From the NCBI GenBank assembly GCA_010909165.1, contig MU008159.1:2356001-2420000 (forward strand): 64,000 nucleotides of DNA, given 5' to 3'. This DNA comes from Anthoceros angustus (lineage: Eukaryota > Plantae > Anthocerotophyta). The notes beneath the pieces are model-generated. The model had not been told where the DNA came from and ran no database searches. It worked only from the letters and a program-made list of their open reading frames with translations. The position numbers and the translations under genes were made by a program. Of the stretch, positions 47,579 through 59,199 are shown piece after piece; the stretch's first letter is position 1; each line of letters starts with the position of its first letter.

Positions 47579-49764
47579 TGCTCTATGATTTTGAGGCATC
47601 CCGGCCATGCAGCACTCAAAAGCGCACAAGGAAGAGGCACGATATGAAAAGTGTGATTGACAACCTCGCGGACTTTACGGGATCTCTGAAACACATGATG
47701 AAGAGCCGACCATATCCCAGGAGAAGGTGGTGGCAAAGTTAGAGAGGCGGGTTCGGTTGAAAGGATCGAAAGACCATCGGCGGGCCGGGGGCCCTACAAG
47801 ATATGGGTCCTCGCCTTTGTCAAAGACTCTTGCAAAGTGCATATGTCGAGGCGCGGTTGTGGTTCTTGTTCGCGGGACCATGAAATCCGTGGATTGCGGG
47901 TCGGTTGAAAGTCTTTGCGGCCAGGAGCTATGATTTTGATGGAAGGTACGAGACGCTGTTCCAGGTGGTGGAAAACGAAGTGCTCCTGTATGGGCACGAA
48001 AATGTGTGCATCACAGGGTACTCTCTGCAGGATGCAGTGGTTACTTGACATTCACACCAAATTCTGGAGGGTGAGCACCTGGACGCCGCACCTCTACCTC
48101 AACAAAAGCGACCCCATCAGCAGTGGCTACATCAACTTCTTCCAGGGCATCCAGGGCATCAATCCTCACTTGAATTCTGCCTTTCTCAACTTGGCCGGTG
48201 GCGCACCTTACCCTCTCGTCGCTCATGAACAAAGAAGCTTCCCGACGACCTGCTTCCTTACCGTCTCGCCGCCCCCTCGTCGGACTAGGTTCAGTATAAG
48301 AGGTGGAGCATTCTCGTCCTGCACCAAAAACTCGCTCACTGCACCACTCACTTTAGTCCTCATCAGGAGCTGTGTCAAACTTCATGATTTCAAAGGTCCG
48401 GTGGGGCTTCTTTTTCTTTTTATCGAGGGCACTACGACGTTTGTAGTGGACATTATTTCATATCTCAACAATTGGTTCCCTCCCCTTTTCAGCTTCTAAG
48501 TGGCCCGGCCGGGGGCAAAGGTTCCCAGCGGTCATGTGCCGCCCTCCGAGTTGTCCTCGGCGCAAGAAGCGTTTCGATCATTGAAAACAAAGACGATAGT
48601 CTCTAAGTTTGGATTTTAAGTTTTAGGACCCGAAAGGGTATTCAGCGAAACGTCATGAACATGCGGTTACGTTTTAGCATAACGTTTGGGCAGAGCCCCA
48701 TGCTCACAACATTCTGTAGCACATGAACTTCTAAATCTATCTGCCACTACGATTTCGTCTCTCGGTCCATCTGACCGCAACATGCCGTCTATGATTTTGA
48801 GGCATCCCGACGACTGCAGCAGCTCAAAAACGGCACAAGGAAGAGGCACGATATGAAAAGTGTGATTGACAACCTCGCGGACTTTACGGGATCTCAAACA
48901 CGATGAAGAGCCGACCATATCGAGAAGGTGGTGGCAAAGTTGCGAGCCGGGTTCGATTGAAAGGATCGAAAGACACATCCGCCGGGGGCCCCATAAGATA
49001 TGGGTCCTCGCCTTTGTCAAAGACTCGCAAAGTGCACATGTCGAGGCGCCCGGTTGTGGTTCTTTGTCGGGACCATGAAATCCGTGATCCGAGCTACGGA
49101 TTTGAAAGTGCCTGCAGGGAGCTACATGACGATGGAAGGTGCGAGACCTGTGTGGTGGAAAGCGAAGTGCTCTGTGGAGCACGAAAATGTGTGCATCACA
49201 GGTACTCTGCGGGATGCAAAGGTTATTGCTTGACATTCACCTGGAGGGTGAGCACCTGAGCACACGCGCGCACCTCTACCTCAACAAAGCGACCCCATCG
49301 GCGGTGGCTACATCAACTTCTTCCAGGCATCCAGGCATCAATCCTCGCAGATTCCGCCTTTCTCAACTTGGCGGTGGCGCACCACCTCTCGTCGCTCATG
49401 AACAAGAAGCTTCCGACGACACCTTCCTCTTACCGTCTCGCCCCTCGTCGGACTAGGTTCGATAAGAGGTGGAGCATTCTCGCACACCAAAAACTCGCTC
49501 AGCACCACTCACTTTAGTCCTCATGAGGTGTCAAACTTCATGATTTCAAGGTCCGGCTGGGGCTTCTTTTTCTTTTTATCGGGGCACTGCCACGACGTTT
49601 GTAGTGGACATTATTTCATATCTCAACAAGCTGGTTCCCTCCCCTTTCGCCTTCTAAGTGGCCCGGTTCGGGCAAAGGTTCCCAGCGGTCATGTGCCGCC
49701 TTAGTTGTCCCACGCGCAAGAACGCTTTCGATCATTGAAAACAAAGACGATAGTCTCTAAGTTT
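47407..49764. repeat. Tandem duplication 47407-48606 / 48607-49764 (3' LTR remainder plus lipase 3' part)
   Basis: Junction microhomology gttt at 47407, 48607 and 49761. A second LTR copy lies at 48607-48782, followed by tgccg. Confidence 0.9.
47579..48290 (+). pseudogene. 3' part of the interrupted lipase gene; further copies at 48783-49450 and 50311-50745
   Basis: Matches 53980-54925 (VRGTMKS, HENVCITG, WTPHLYLNKSDPISSGYINFFQG), with internal deletions. Confidence 0.88.
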
Positions 49765-51587
49765 CAGTTGGATCTTTCTCCGTGACTAATTCAAGGGTGG
49801 ATCCCTTGCCACGAAGATTTGAAATTGTTGACTATCGTGCAGCAGCTGTGGGAAGGTGGATGAAACCCTTGGTGGCGTGGATTAATTGCTTGGCACCAAG
49901 TTGAACATAGCACTTCATGCACCTTTCCATCCATGCACCAACGATGGTTCTCCTCTTCCGGATCGGTATGGAATGTACTCCAATGAGCCGTGACACTCAC
50001 ACTTTCACGAGCCAAAGAAAGGAACATTTCGATCAAACAATACAACGATACATGGTTACCTCGGAATCCACATTCTTTGTAGGATGACAAGAGTGAAGCT
50101 AGCTCACTTGCTCCAACCATCAATGGGATTGACCAAGGCTCGGAGATGGTCACCGCTAGGCGTCGACGCCTTGAGCCATCCTCGAGCGAGCGAAGTTTGT
50201 GAGGATGCGGTTCCCCAAAATATTACACCCCGACCTTGTCCTTTTCTTTTTATATGTACAACAATTTAATTACGGACCATATATGAAGCGTGGGCGTCAC
50301 GCAATGGATAACATGTCGAGGCGCTGAGAAGTTGTGGTTTGTTCGCGGGACCATGAAATCCGTGAGCGGTCGGTTGCGGAAAGTGCGACGAAGGAGCTAC
50401 ATGACGATGGAAGGCACGAGACTGCTCTGGTGGTGGAAAGCGAAGTGCTCATATGGGCACGAAAATGTGTGCATCACAGGTACTCTCTGCGGATCGGTGG
50501 TTATGACATTCACACCAAGTGCGGAGGGTGAGCACACGGGCGCGCACCTCTACCTCAACAAAGCGACCCCATCGGCGTGGCTACATCAACTTCTTCCAGG
50601 CATCCAGGCATCAATCCTCACTTGAATTGCCTTTCTCAACTTGGCGGTGGCGCACCTTACCCTCTCGTCGCTCATGAACAAAGAAGCTTCCGACGACACC
50701 TTCCTTACTGCCCGCCGCCCCTCGTCGGACTAGGTTCGATAAGAGGTGGAGCATTCTCGTCACACCAAAAACTCGCTCAGCACCACTCACTTTAGTCCTC
50801 ATGTGAGCATGTCAAACTTCATGATTTCTGGGGGCTGGGGCTTTTTTTCTGTGGGCAGCTACGGACGTTTGTAGTGGACATTATTTCATATCTCAACAAG
50901 CTGGTTCCCTCCCCCCCTAAGTGGCCCGGCCGGGGGCAAAGGTTCTGACGGTCATGTGCGACCCTTCCGAGTTGTCCACAGAAGAGCGTTTCGATCATTG
51001 AAAACAAAGGCGATAGTCTCTAAGTTTGATTGGATCTTTCTCCGTGACCAATTCCGAAGGTGGATCCCGCTTGCACCCGAAGATTTGAAATTGTTGACTA
51101 TCGTGCGGCGCTGAGCACAGGGAAGGTGGATGAAACCCTTGGTGGCGTGGATTAATTGCTTGGCACCAAGTTGAACATAGCACTTCATGCACCTTTCCAT
51201 CCACGGCACCAACGATGGTTCTCCTCTTTCGGATCGGTATGGAATGTACTCCAATGAGCACACTCACACTTTCACCGGAGCCAAAGAAAGGAACATGGAC
51301 TTACAACAAGAGACATGGTTACCTCGGAATCCACATTCTTTGTGGGATGACAAGAGTGAAGCTAGCTCACTTGCTCCAACCATCTCAATGTAGGATTGAC
51401 CAAGGCTCGGAGATGGTCACCGCTAGGCGTACGACACTTGAGCCATCCTCGAGCAGACGAAGTTTGTGAGGATGCCAGTGCTCCCAAAATATTACACCCC
51501 CCGACCTTGTCCTTTTCTTTTTATATGTACAACAATTTAATTACGGACCATATATGAAGCGTGGACGTCACGCAATGGATAACATGT
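49036..51587. repeat. Tandem duplication 49036-50310 / 50311-51587
   Basis: Junction microhomology acatgt at 49036, 50311 and 51582. Confidence 0.9.
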
Positions 51588-51797
51588 GCGCGAACGTGGT
51601 GTGGCTCCCCATTGTGAACGTGTGAAGTGGGCCACTGACAGAATTAGAGGAGATAGAAGGATAGAGAGAGGAGAGCAAAGGGGATGTATCTGCTCCTGGT
51701 GGAAAGCAGACCATCTTTCTCATTTTCGCTCACGATCTGCGTTGCAACGTGGCGTGCAACATCGGGAACCGAAAGAACGGCCGGCAAAGCCATGATA

Positions 51798-52975
51798 CAG
51801 TCAAACCCCTCTAATTGGGACCCCTATAAATGGGAACCCCTTTAAATGGGACGCCCGGGCTTACTCCCTTGAATGTGCTACATGCTAAATGGGAAACCCT
51901 CTAATTTGTAAATGGGAACATGTCTCCCAAACATTCAATGCAAGTACACCTTTGTAAAAGGGAAAATATTTTTTTTAAAATAATAGAAAAATTGAGGAAA
52001 TCGTGATTGAAGTTAAAGGCTATCGAGATTAAATCATGAGTTATTGAGATTATGTCAAGTTAAAGGCTATCGAGATTATATCATAAAACATAGACAGTCA
52101 TCGAGATTGGGCCTATATATGTAGTAGTTACACATACACTATGCTTTGTGATCGAAGCATTGTTCCTAGTACATAAGTTGTTTCATTGTACAAGTTGTCT
52201 TATGGTGTTGTAAGTTGTGTTATGGTGTTGTAAGTTGTGTTATGGTGTTGTAAGTTGTTGTCTTCTTTGTGAGATATTTTGTATGTGTTCCTTACCGATT
52301 CTCTTTGACGTGTAGGAACAATGCATCAGCGGCGCAAGCATGCTACCCTAACAAAGCAACAAAAGAAAGAGGTTTGCGAATATTATGTCCAACACTCTTG
52401 CACACTTAAGGAGTTGACTAGATGGACAACAAAGAAGTTTTCAATAGCAGCTTCTAAAAGTGCATTGTCTAGGATTGTGAATGACAAAGACAAATGGTTG
52501 GACCTTGCCATTGGTCCAACAACTAATATGGCAGGAATGAGGGATAGACCAGTCGTATGCCCACAGGTTGACCACGCAGTACACGTTTGGGCTCTTGCAA
52601 TCCAAGCTCAAGGTGCCACAATTTCAGATGACTTGCTTCGTGAGATGGCTTCCAAATTCCATGAGAGGATTCCTGAAGATGAGAGATCAAAAATGACATA
52701 CCATAGAGGTTGGGTTGCTCGCTGGAAGAAAAGGTATAATTTTAAATCAGTTGTCAGACATGGAGGCGGGGAGTGTTGACATCTGAGCGATGAAGGCGGC
52801 TATTAGAGAGCTGCAACTTCAAGTTCTTGATTATGGAGCTGCAAATGTTTTTAATATGGATGAGACTGGTCTTTTCTTCAGAGCACCGCCGAACAGGACA
52901 CTTGCAACAATGCGTTGCAGGACGGAAGCAGTTTAAGGACCGGTTGACAATTGGACTGACATACAACGGATAATG
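51798..52975 (+). mobile_element. pogo/Tigger-like (Tc1/mariner) transposon, 3'-truncated; transposase HTH domains and start of the DDE domain
   Basis: TA followed by cagtcaaacccctctaattgggac (left TIR). ORF 52321-52779 has CENP-B-like HTHs (LTKQQKKEVC...; ISDDLLREMA...GWVARWKKRY), followed by VFNMDETGLFFR at about 52846-52880. Confidence 0.9.
52201..52260. repeat. 20-bp tandem repeat x3
   Basis: tatggtgttgtaagttgtgt repeated. Confidence 0.95.
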
Positions 52976-53009
52976 ACTCTAGTCCGCCCTGATGCAACCA
53001 TCCTTTGTT

Positions 53010-53185
53010 GCAACTTATGTACTAGGAACAATGCTTCTGATCACAAAGCATAGTGTACAGAACTACTACATATATAGGCCCAATCTCGATGACTGTCTAT
53101 GTTTTATGATATAATCTCGATAGCCTTTAACTTGACATAATCTCAAAAGAGAATGGGTAAGGAACACATACAAAATCTTGGTTCA
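53010..53185 (-). repeat. Inverted copy of pogo 5' sequences (about 52043-52180 and about 52272-52305)
   Basis: Reverse-complement identity, e.g. gggcctatatatgtagtag at about 52110 and ctactacatatataggccc at about 53063. Confidence 0.85.
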
Positions 53186-53869
53186 AGACATGACTCCGAA
53201 AGGATCAAACTTGGGATCTCGTAGAAATTCTCCGGTCAGGCAGTCCTACAAGAAACGCAACAGCAATGTCAGTCCCATGCGCGTGTCGTGTCCCGCGGAC
53301 TTTTTCCCATCGTTCCAGCCCCATAAATAAAGTGCTTTGGCATGTCAGAGATTTCCGTCCGGGGGAAATCGGTGAGAAGTCTACAATAATCGCTTCCGCT
53401 TTGGTTATTCGAAGGATTTGTTGACTCAAGTTGCGGTCACTGGGGGATCGACCACGTCTCCCTTTCTTCCAACCTTATCTAGTCCTGCCATGATCCCTCT
53501 CTATGTGTTCAAACATTTCCGGAGAGTTCAAGCAAGTGAGCATGCAACAAGCTCTTGCCCAGGGGATCCACAGCTGTGCTCAAATTTTGTGATCTTGACG
53601 AGGTAGGGCTAGAGATGGAAAGGCGCAGAAGGGGAAGCCTGGGGATCATCAGGACCACCATGATAATGCCTCGTCAGGTCTGTCCCAAAGGTCGGATTCC
53701 GACACGGAAGGCGACGATGAATTGGCAAGAGGAGAAGGATCTGGAGAAAATGAGGAAGGAGGACCGGTACCTTGTACAGCTGCAGATCAACAACTGATGC
53801 GCATACAACCTCTGGCCATGTACGTTGGTTGCAATTGCAAGCGCAAGCTTGCCAAGATGATGATATTGA

Positions 53870-55030
53870 ACATCTAAGCCCATGACATGGCTGACTGACT
53901 CAGAGTATTGTTGTGGGCAGGGTTCCAGAGGCTCAAGAAGTCGTAGAGGTGCAACATTTAATGGCTCAGATGGTGCATGCCGTCTATGATTTTGAGGCAT
54001 ACCGACGACTGCAGCAGCGCGAAAACGGCACAAGGAAGAGGGACAAGATGAAAAGGGCGATCCACAAGTTCGCGGACTTTCTGGGATCTGAAACCTTTGA
54101 TGAAGACCCGACCATATCCTAGGAGGAGGTGGTGGCAAAGTTGCAGAGAGCGGGGTTCCAGTTGAAAACAGCTGAGCACTGTCAGCCAGGCCAGGGGCCC
54201 TACAAGATATGGTTCCTCGTCTTCGTCAAAGACTCTGCAAAGTGCACATGTCGAGGCGCGCCCAAAGTTGTGGTTGCTGTTCGCGGGACCATGAAATCCG
54301 TGAAAGACCTGCTGTCGGATTTGAACGTGCTGCGACAGAAGCTACATATGGACGAAAGGTACGAGAAGCTGTTGCAGGTGGTGGAAAACGAAGTGCAACA
54401 GAATGGGCACGAAAATGTGTGCATCACGGGTCACTCTCTGGGTGCGGCTTTGGGACTCCTGGTGGGCAAGGCTATGGCGACCAAGCACACGCCTGTGGAC
54501 GGCCATTTCTTCAACCCGCCTTTTGCCTCCTTCACCTGGTTCGACAGCAACCTGCTGCGGCGGCTGGAAAGGGACTGCAAGCTTCTTCTGCTGGCATCTC
54601 ATATGGTGATGAACTCTTTTCATGACGACTACAAGGGCACGAGTCGGTGGTTGCTTGACAGTCACACCAAATTCTGGAGCGTGACGACTTGGACGCCGCA
54701 CCTCTACCTCAACTAAACCGACCCCATCAGCAGTGGCTACATCAACTTCTTCCAGGACATCCAGGGCATCAATGCTCACTTCAATTCTGCGTTTCTCAAT
54801 TGGCAGGCAGAACTGGCTCGGCCGGTGGTGCACCTTACCCTCTCGTCGCTGATGAACACCAAGAAGCTTCCCAACCACCTGCTTCCTTCCGCTATAATCA
54901 CCGTCTCGCCGCCTCCTCGTCGGAGTAAGTCCAAGATGAAGACGTGGGTGTGGTCCCACACAGTCTCGCAGTGGCTCAATTTTCCTTGTCCTCTTGAACG
55001 GGCGGTTATCCAAGTGCGTCGGCCTGAGTG
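53870..55030 (+). pseudogene. Lipase class 3 / alpha-beta hydrolase, At4g10955-like; uninterrupted by TEs but carries in-frame stops
   Basis: HLMAQMVHAVYDFE, VVAVRGT, VCITGHSLGAALGLL (nucleophile elbow), FFNPPF and WTPHLYLN*TDPISSGYINFF. Stops at about 54120 and 54714; the other copies have AAA at the latter position. Confidence 0.85.
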
Positions 55031-56132
55031 AGCAATGCATGCTCACACCCCAATCTTCTAGTTGCTTGCAGCTGTGATGGATTCTATCTCTGCACCGGAA
55101 GCGTTTGTGATTTGACCTGCTTTGTCCTGCTTCTGCTAGATTTGGATGCTTTCTTGCATTCTATATATTGATTCCTCTCCTGTGGAATAGTAGCCTGGCA
55201 ATCTCCACCTTGCAAATCTTTTGCAAATCTTCGGAGGAGACGGATACTGTGCCTACCATACTGATTTTTTAAAAGGTGATGAATGCATTCTGCTCTTACA
55301 AGCTTCCATGGTTGGCAACTCCGTAAAGTCGCGGCCCGGTCTGGGGCCTCGACGCGCCCAGTTGATTTTTTTTCGGGGTAGTGCAGGTAAAATTTTAGAG
55401 AGAGAATCGACCTTTTGGTCATTATTTTACCTAATACAGTAAAATTCATTATAATATAGTAGAAAACATGCCAAGTGGGATGAATATGATCTACCATCAA
55501 GGTGGAAAATAGAGCACTAGAGTAGAAAATATGACGACCAAGTGAATACCAGGTGCGTCTAGTAGAAGCTCGTTCTAGATATCCCACCGAAATCGCTAAT
55601 CTGACAAAAACATTTTCTGTTAAATAATATTCATACGGATCCAGGATATACAAAAAACCAACAAAGAAACCTTTTCTTTGCAGAGTTTCCTGTATATCCA
55701 GAATGGCATGAAATACGAATTCAACTAATGAAGAGTAAATACCAGTATAGAGTGAACTCTGCTTCAACAAGAAACCTACAAACAAAACCAAAATTAGCAC
55801 CCAAACCGTAATTACGCTGCTACTAGTAAACACTAAGAATAAAAAATATTGATACTCACCTTATTTTGGGAAATTTACTGTACAATTATACAGATTGAAA
55901 ATGTAATTTTCACGACCACTTGGCTTGATTGGTACTTGTACAGCATTATCATAATTGGCAACCAATTGATGAAGCTGAGGACTTGGACGAAATTGACCGT
56001 CTTCCTGCAAGGTCACAACCTAATACAACACAACCATTAATTTTCAATCTAGTAAAACCGATTAATAAAAGCATAAGCTTACGATCCCGACGGATTTTCG
56101 AGATAGCGATTGAAATATCTCGAGGCACATTC

Positions 56133-56507
56133 TTACACTCCTGTCTTTCCCACTAATCTCCAACCTCTTGCTGCTCTTCTGCTTGATTTCTCTTGATGCT
56201 TAATATGCTCTTGTCTCCTCTCCGCATTTCTCCGCCTCTGAATCTCAAGGGCTTTCTCTCTTTGCTTAGAGACTCGTAATTCAACTGCTTTTCGCCTCTG
56301 TCTCTCTATAAGTGCCTCCAAATCCTTTTGCCGCTGAAACTCCATTTCCTGTTTCAATTTGTCATTCTCCAATTCCCGTTCTCGGGAGATCTGGGCAAGC
56401 CGCTGCTCAAAGCCACTTACATTTCCATTTGCAACACAGCCGCAATATATCGAGGTGCTACCACCACATTTACATCTGGTTAACGGATGATCACACTCAC
56501 TGCACAA
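56133..56507 (-). CDS. Unassigned ORF: Cys-rich start plus coiled coil
   Basis: CSECDHPLTRCKCG...YCGC followed by an E/R/K/Q-rich helix. Confidence 0.3.
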   Translation of the reverse strand: MCSECDHPLTRCKCGGSTSIYCGCVANGNVSGFEQRLAQISRERELENDKLKQEMEFQRQKDLEALIERQRRKAVELRVSKQREKALEIQRRRNAERRQEHIKHQEKSSRRAARGWRLVGKTGV

Positions 56508-57220
56508 TGCCCTCCAACAGGGGCCACCGTGATCACTTCGGTCAGATCAATGTTGAAATGAGGGAAAGAGTGCTTACACTAGTCGAAGGATTCACAATCC
56601 AAGAAGAACACAATCGAAACTCCAAAATGAAAACAACAAACAAATGACAAAGAATCAACCTTGTCAACATATGGAATTTCACTAGAACACCCGTTGGTCC
56701 GCTAGTATCCATCTGGATGCCTTGGCAATCGCTTTCAAGGTGCCAAAAACAAAGATGATTAAAAAACTAACATGGCGACTACAACAAAGCAACTTCACAA
56801 TACCAACGAACTTCAAGACACGTGGACCACATGGTGCGGAAAAACTCGATTCGGTCCAACATTGTTGTTGCTTTCATGATGAATAATGAGTGGCAGGAAG
56901 ACCCGACAAATCAAAAACAAGTCGACACGGATTTTGACACAAGTCCCTACATACTTGATACAAATCTCAAACACTTACATTACTAACGTGTTGCACTTGC
57001 AAGGGACCGATCTTCAGTCGACTGAAAATACTATTTCGTGAGTTACATTCAACATCTGACGAAGAACACCCTTAAATCATCCCGCATCCGATTGAGTTCT
57101 TCATTTATAAGATCGCTCACCGTGAACAAGAACTCTTGCTGTACTTTTTGTTTTTGACCAACAAAACATCTAACGTTAGAAGGATACAAAGACTCAAATG
57201 TCACAAGCTTTCACAACATA

Positions 57221-58592
57221 TTACCTTGAAAATCCAGCATCCGTTTTATGGCGGTCACACTTCTCCCAAAGATCGAGGGCACGAGCCATCACAAACGTGT
57301 AATCATCGCTATACTTTCTTGGTGTAGCCAACAAGCCCACCGCTACCATGGTCTTCATAAACCTTGACAACATTCCTTTTGAAACACGAAGTTTTGCATA
57401 CCAAGCCCAATAAACAAAAACAAAGCTTAGTAAATACAAACCACAAAAACTCAAGCCCAATAAACAAAAACTTACATTTGATCTTGGGTTATCAATGGTT
57501 GAATTGAAGAGAAACCCCGAATTGACAAATTTGTCATGTGCACCACTTGGGAGAGTGATCAATAACAAAAGTTTAAGTTTTTCAGATCTTGACCTTTTGA
57601 CTAAATGCTCACTCTGGTAATTCTTCATGTCCACTTTGTAATTTTTCGAAAGCCGTTCTTCATACCTGCAAATGAAGACGAGCTCAATACAGTACATCAA
57701 AACATCAAAACAAAAACAAAAGACTAAACCCTCGAACAAAAGGTCCACCTGAATCTGATGCAAATGAGAAGTCCCTAATGAGCAGGTTATGTAACTCTTC
57801 ACCACCTCGAACCCCGAACCCCGAACCTGGTCATGCAAAAATATGCACACCTACAAACAATATAGGCATAAGGGCTCCAGGTTTAACACCATAAATGAAC
57901 ATTCAAAGTGCACCCCCAAAACCAACAATATTACCTTTTCTGAGCCCCCCGCCCAAATGAGCATTGATGATCCCTGTGTGAAAGAATCCGTCGCTCATCA
58001 TCATCAGAAATCAACTTCACCTCTTTTCGACATGACACAATCCCAAGGTCCTTGCTGATTTTCATGGACGCAACCAGCGCTGCCTGGGACCCATGGAAAA
58101 TTCCATGAAACATGTTGATCACCGGAACATCAGAACCAAGCCGGCTTTGGTTCAGGATGCACTTCCTTGTTAAAATTCGGTTAAACCCACGAAAGAAAGA
58201 CATCAGCCTGCACAAGTGAAGATCAGCAATCAGTCATGTGAAAGGAAAGTCAGAACTATCAAAATCAACAAGTAAGAAAACATCACTACTTACGTTTCTG
58301 GAGAAAATCTGCTGTTGTCCTTCAGATTCCGAACTTGATGGAAAAAGGATATCAGAATAAGATTCAGATCCTTGTGAGGGATATCCTCAGCAGTATCCCA
58401 TCCCCGACCCCACTCACTTTCATAAAGGCCACAGGCGACTTGACACCGCTTATTCCGCCGCTTTGACCTATCCTCCCCACCACTCAAAGCATCATTCACA
58501 GCCCTCCGGGACCGAGGGTCAAATCCGCCTCCGAAAATTGCTTCATCATCAATTTCCTCCATACCCATGGCAAAGTCATCTTGGGACCACAC
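57221..58592 (-). pseudogene. Crypton-like tyrosine recombinase (DUF3504-type), intron-containing, frameshifted
   Basis: Spliced reading gives DIPHKDLNLILISFFHQVRNLKDNSRFSPET|LMSFFRGFNR...ISDDDERRIL...AQKR|CAYFCMTRFGVRGGEELHNLLIRDF...|YEERLSKNYK...WYAKLRVSKGMLSRFMKTM...ITRL...T(G)HK. GT-AG introns 58208-58293 and 57851-57934 are in phase. Confidence 0.72.
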
Positions 58593-59199
58593 ACTTTAGC
58601 CTCTCAAACATATCGAGCACTTCTTGATCGGGGATGACTCGGTCGGGGAACCACAACAGTATGGAAACCGCCACCAGAAAGCATCTGCTCAACGGCAGAC
58701 ACAAATCTCTAGACTCAGCTTTGACTCTCACAACCATGGGATCGTCGGTTATCAAGAAATCATTCTCCCCACAACCGGACCCCTCTCTCGATTAATCGGG
58801 ACATAGTTAGTAATCTCGCAAGAGGACCTTCAACCAATGCCACAGTCGAGTGTCCACCCTTCTCCTCTCGCACAAAACTCACCGCACGCCGAGCATCCTT
58901 CTTGGATGAGAAGTGCCTTGGCGGTTTAGGAATGTCTTTTGGGAACTAAATAAGTTCCTTCACTGCACCAAGACACCATCAACTTTACCATCATCCTGCG
59001 GTGGATGAGTTGCGATGAAGAACGGATTTGACATTGCCTTGTGTACGCTTAGCCATGACTTCACCAGGACCCTTGCTTTTTCCAGTCCAAGGCCCAGTGG
59101 GTTTCTTTTAGGAGCCATCGCAAAGCCAAAAAAGCATTAGAGTGGACAAGGAACACCAACATCCTAAAGGAGAACTTCACAAACAAAACAAAACCAAAA

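Noticed and set aside
49770-50230. Coding-like minus-strand stretch between lipase copies (also 51020-51470)
   Set aside because: No family was recognised and the frames disagree between the two copies.
55084-55833. 249-aa minus-strand ORF
   Set aside because: It has a low-complexity hydrophobic composition from AT-rich DNA and no recognisable family.
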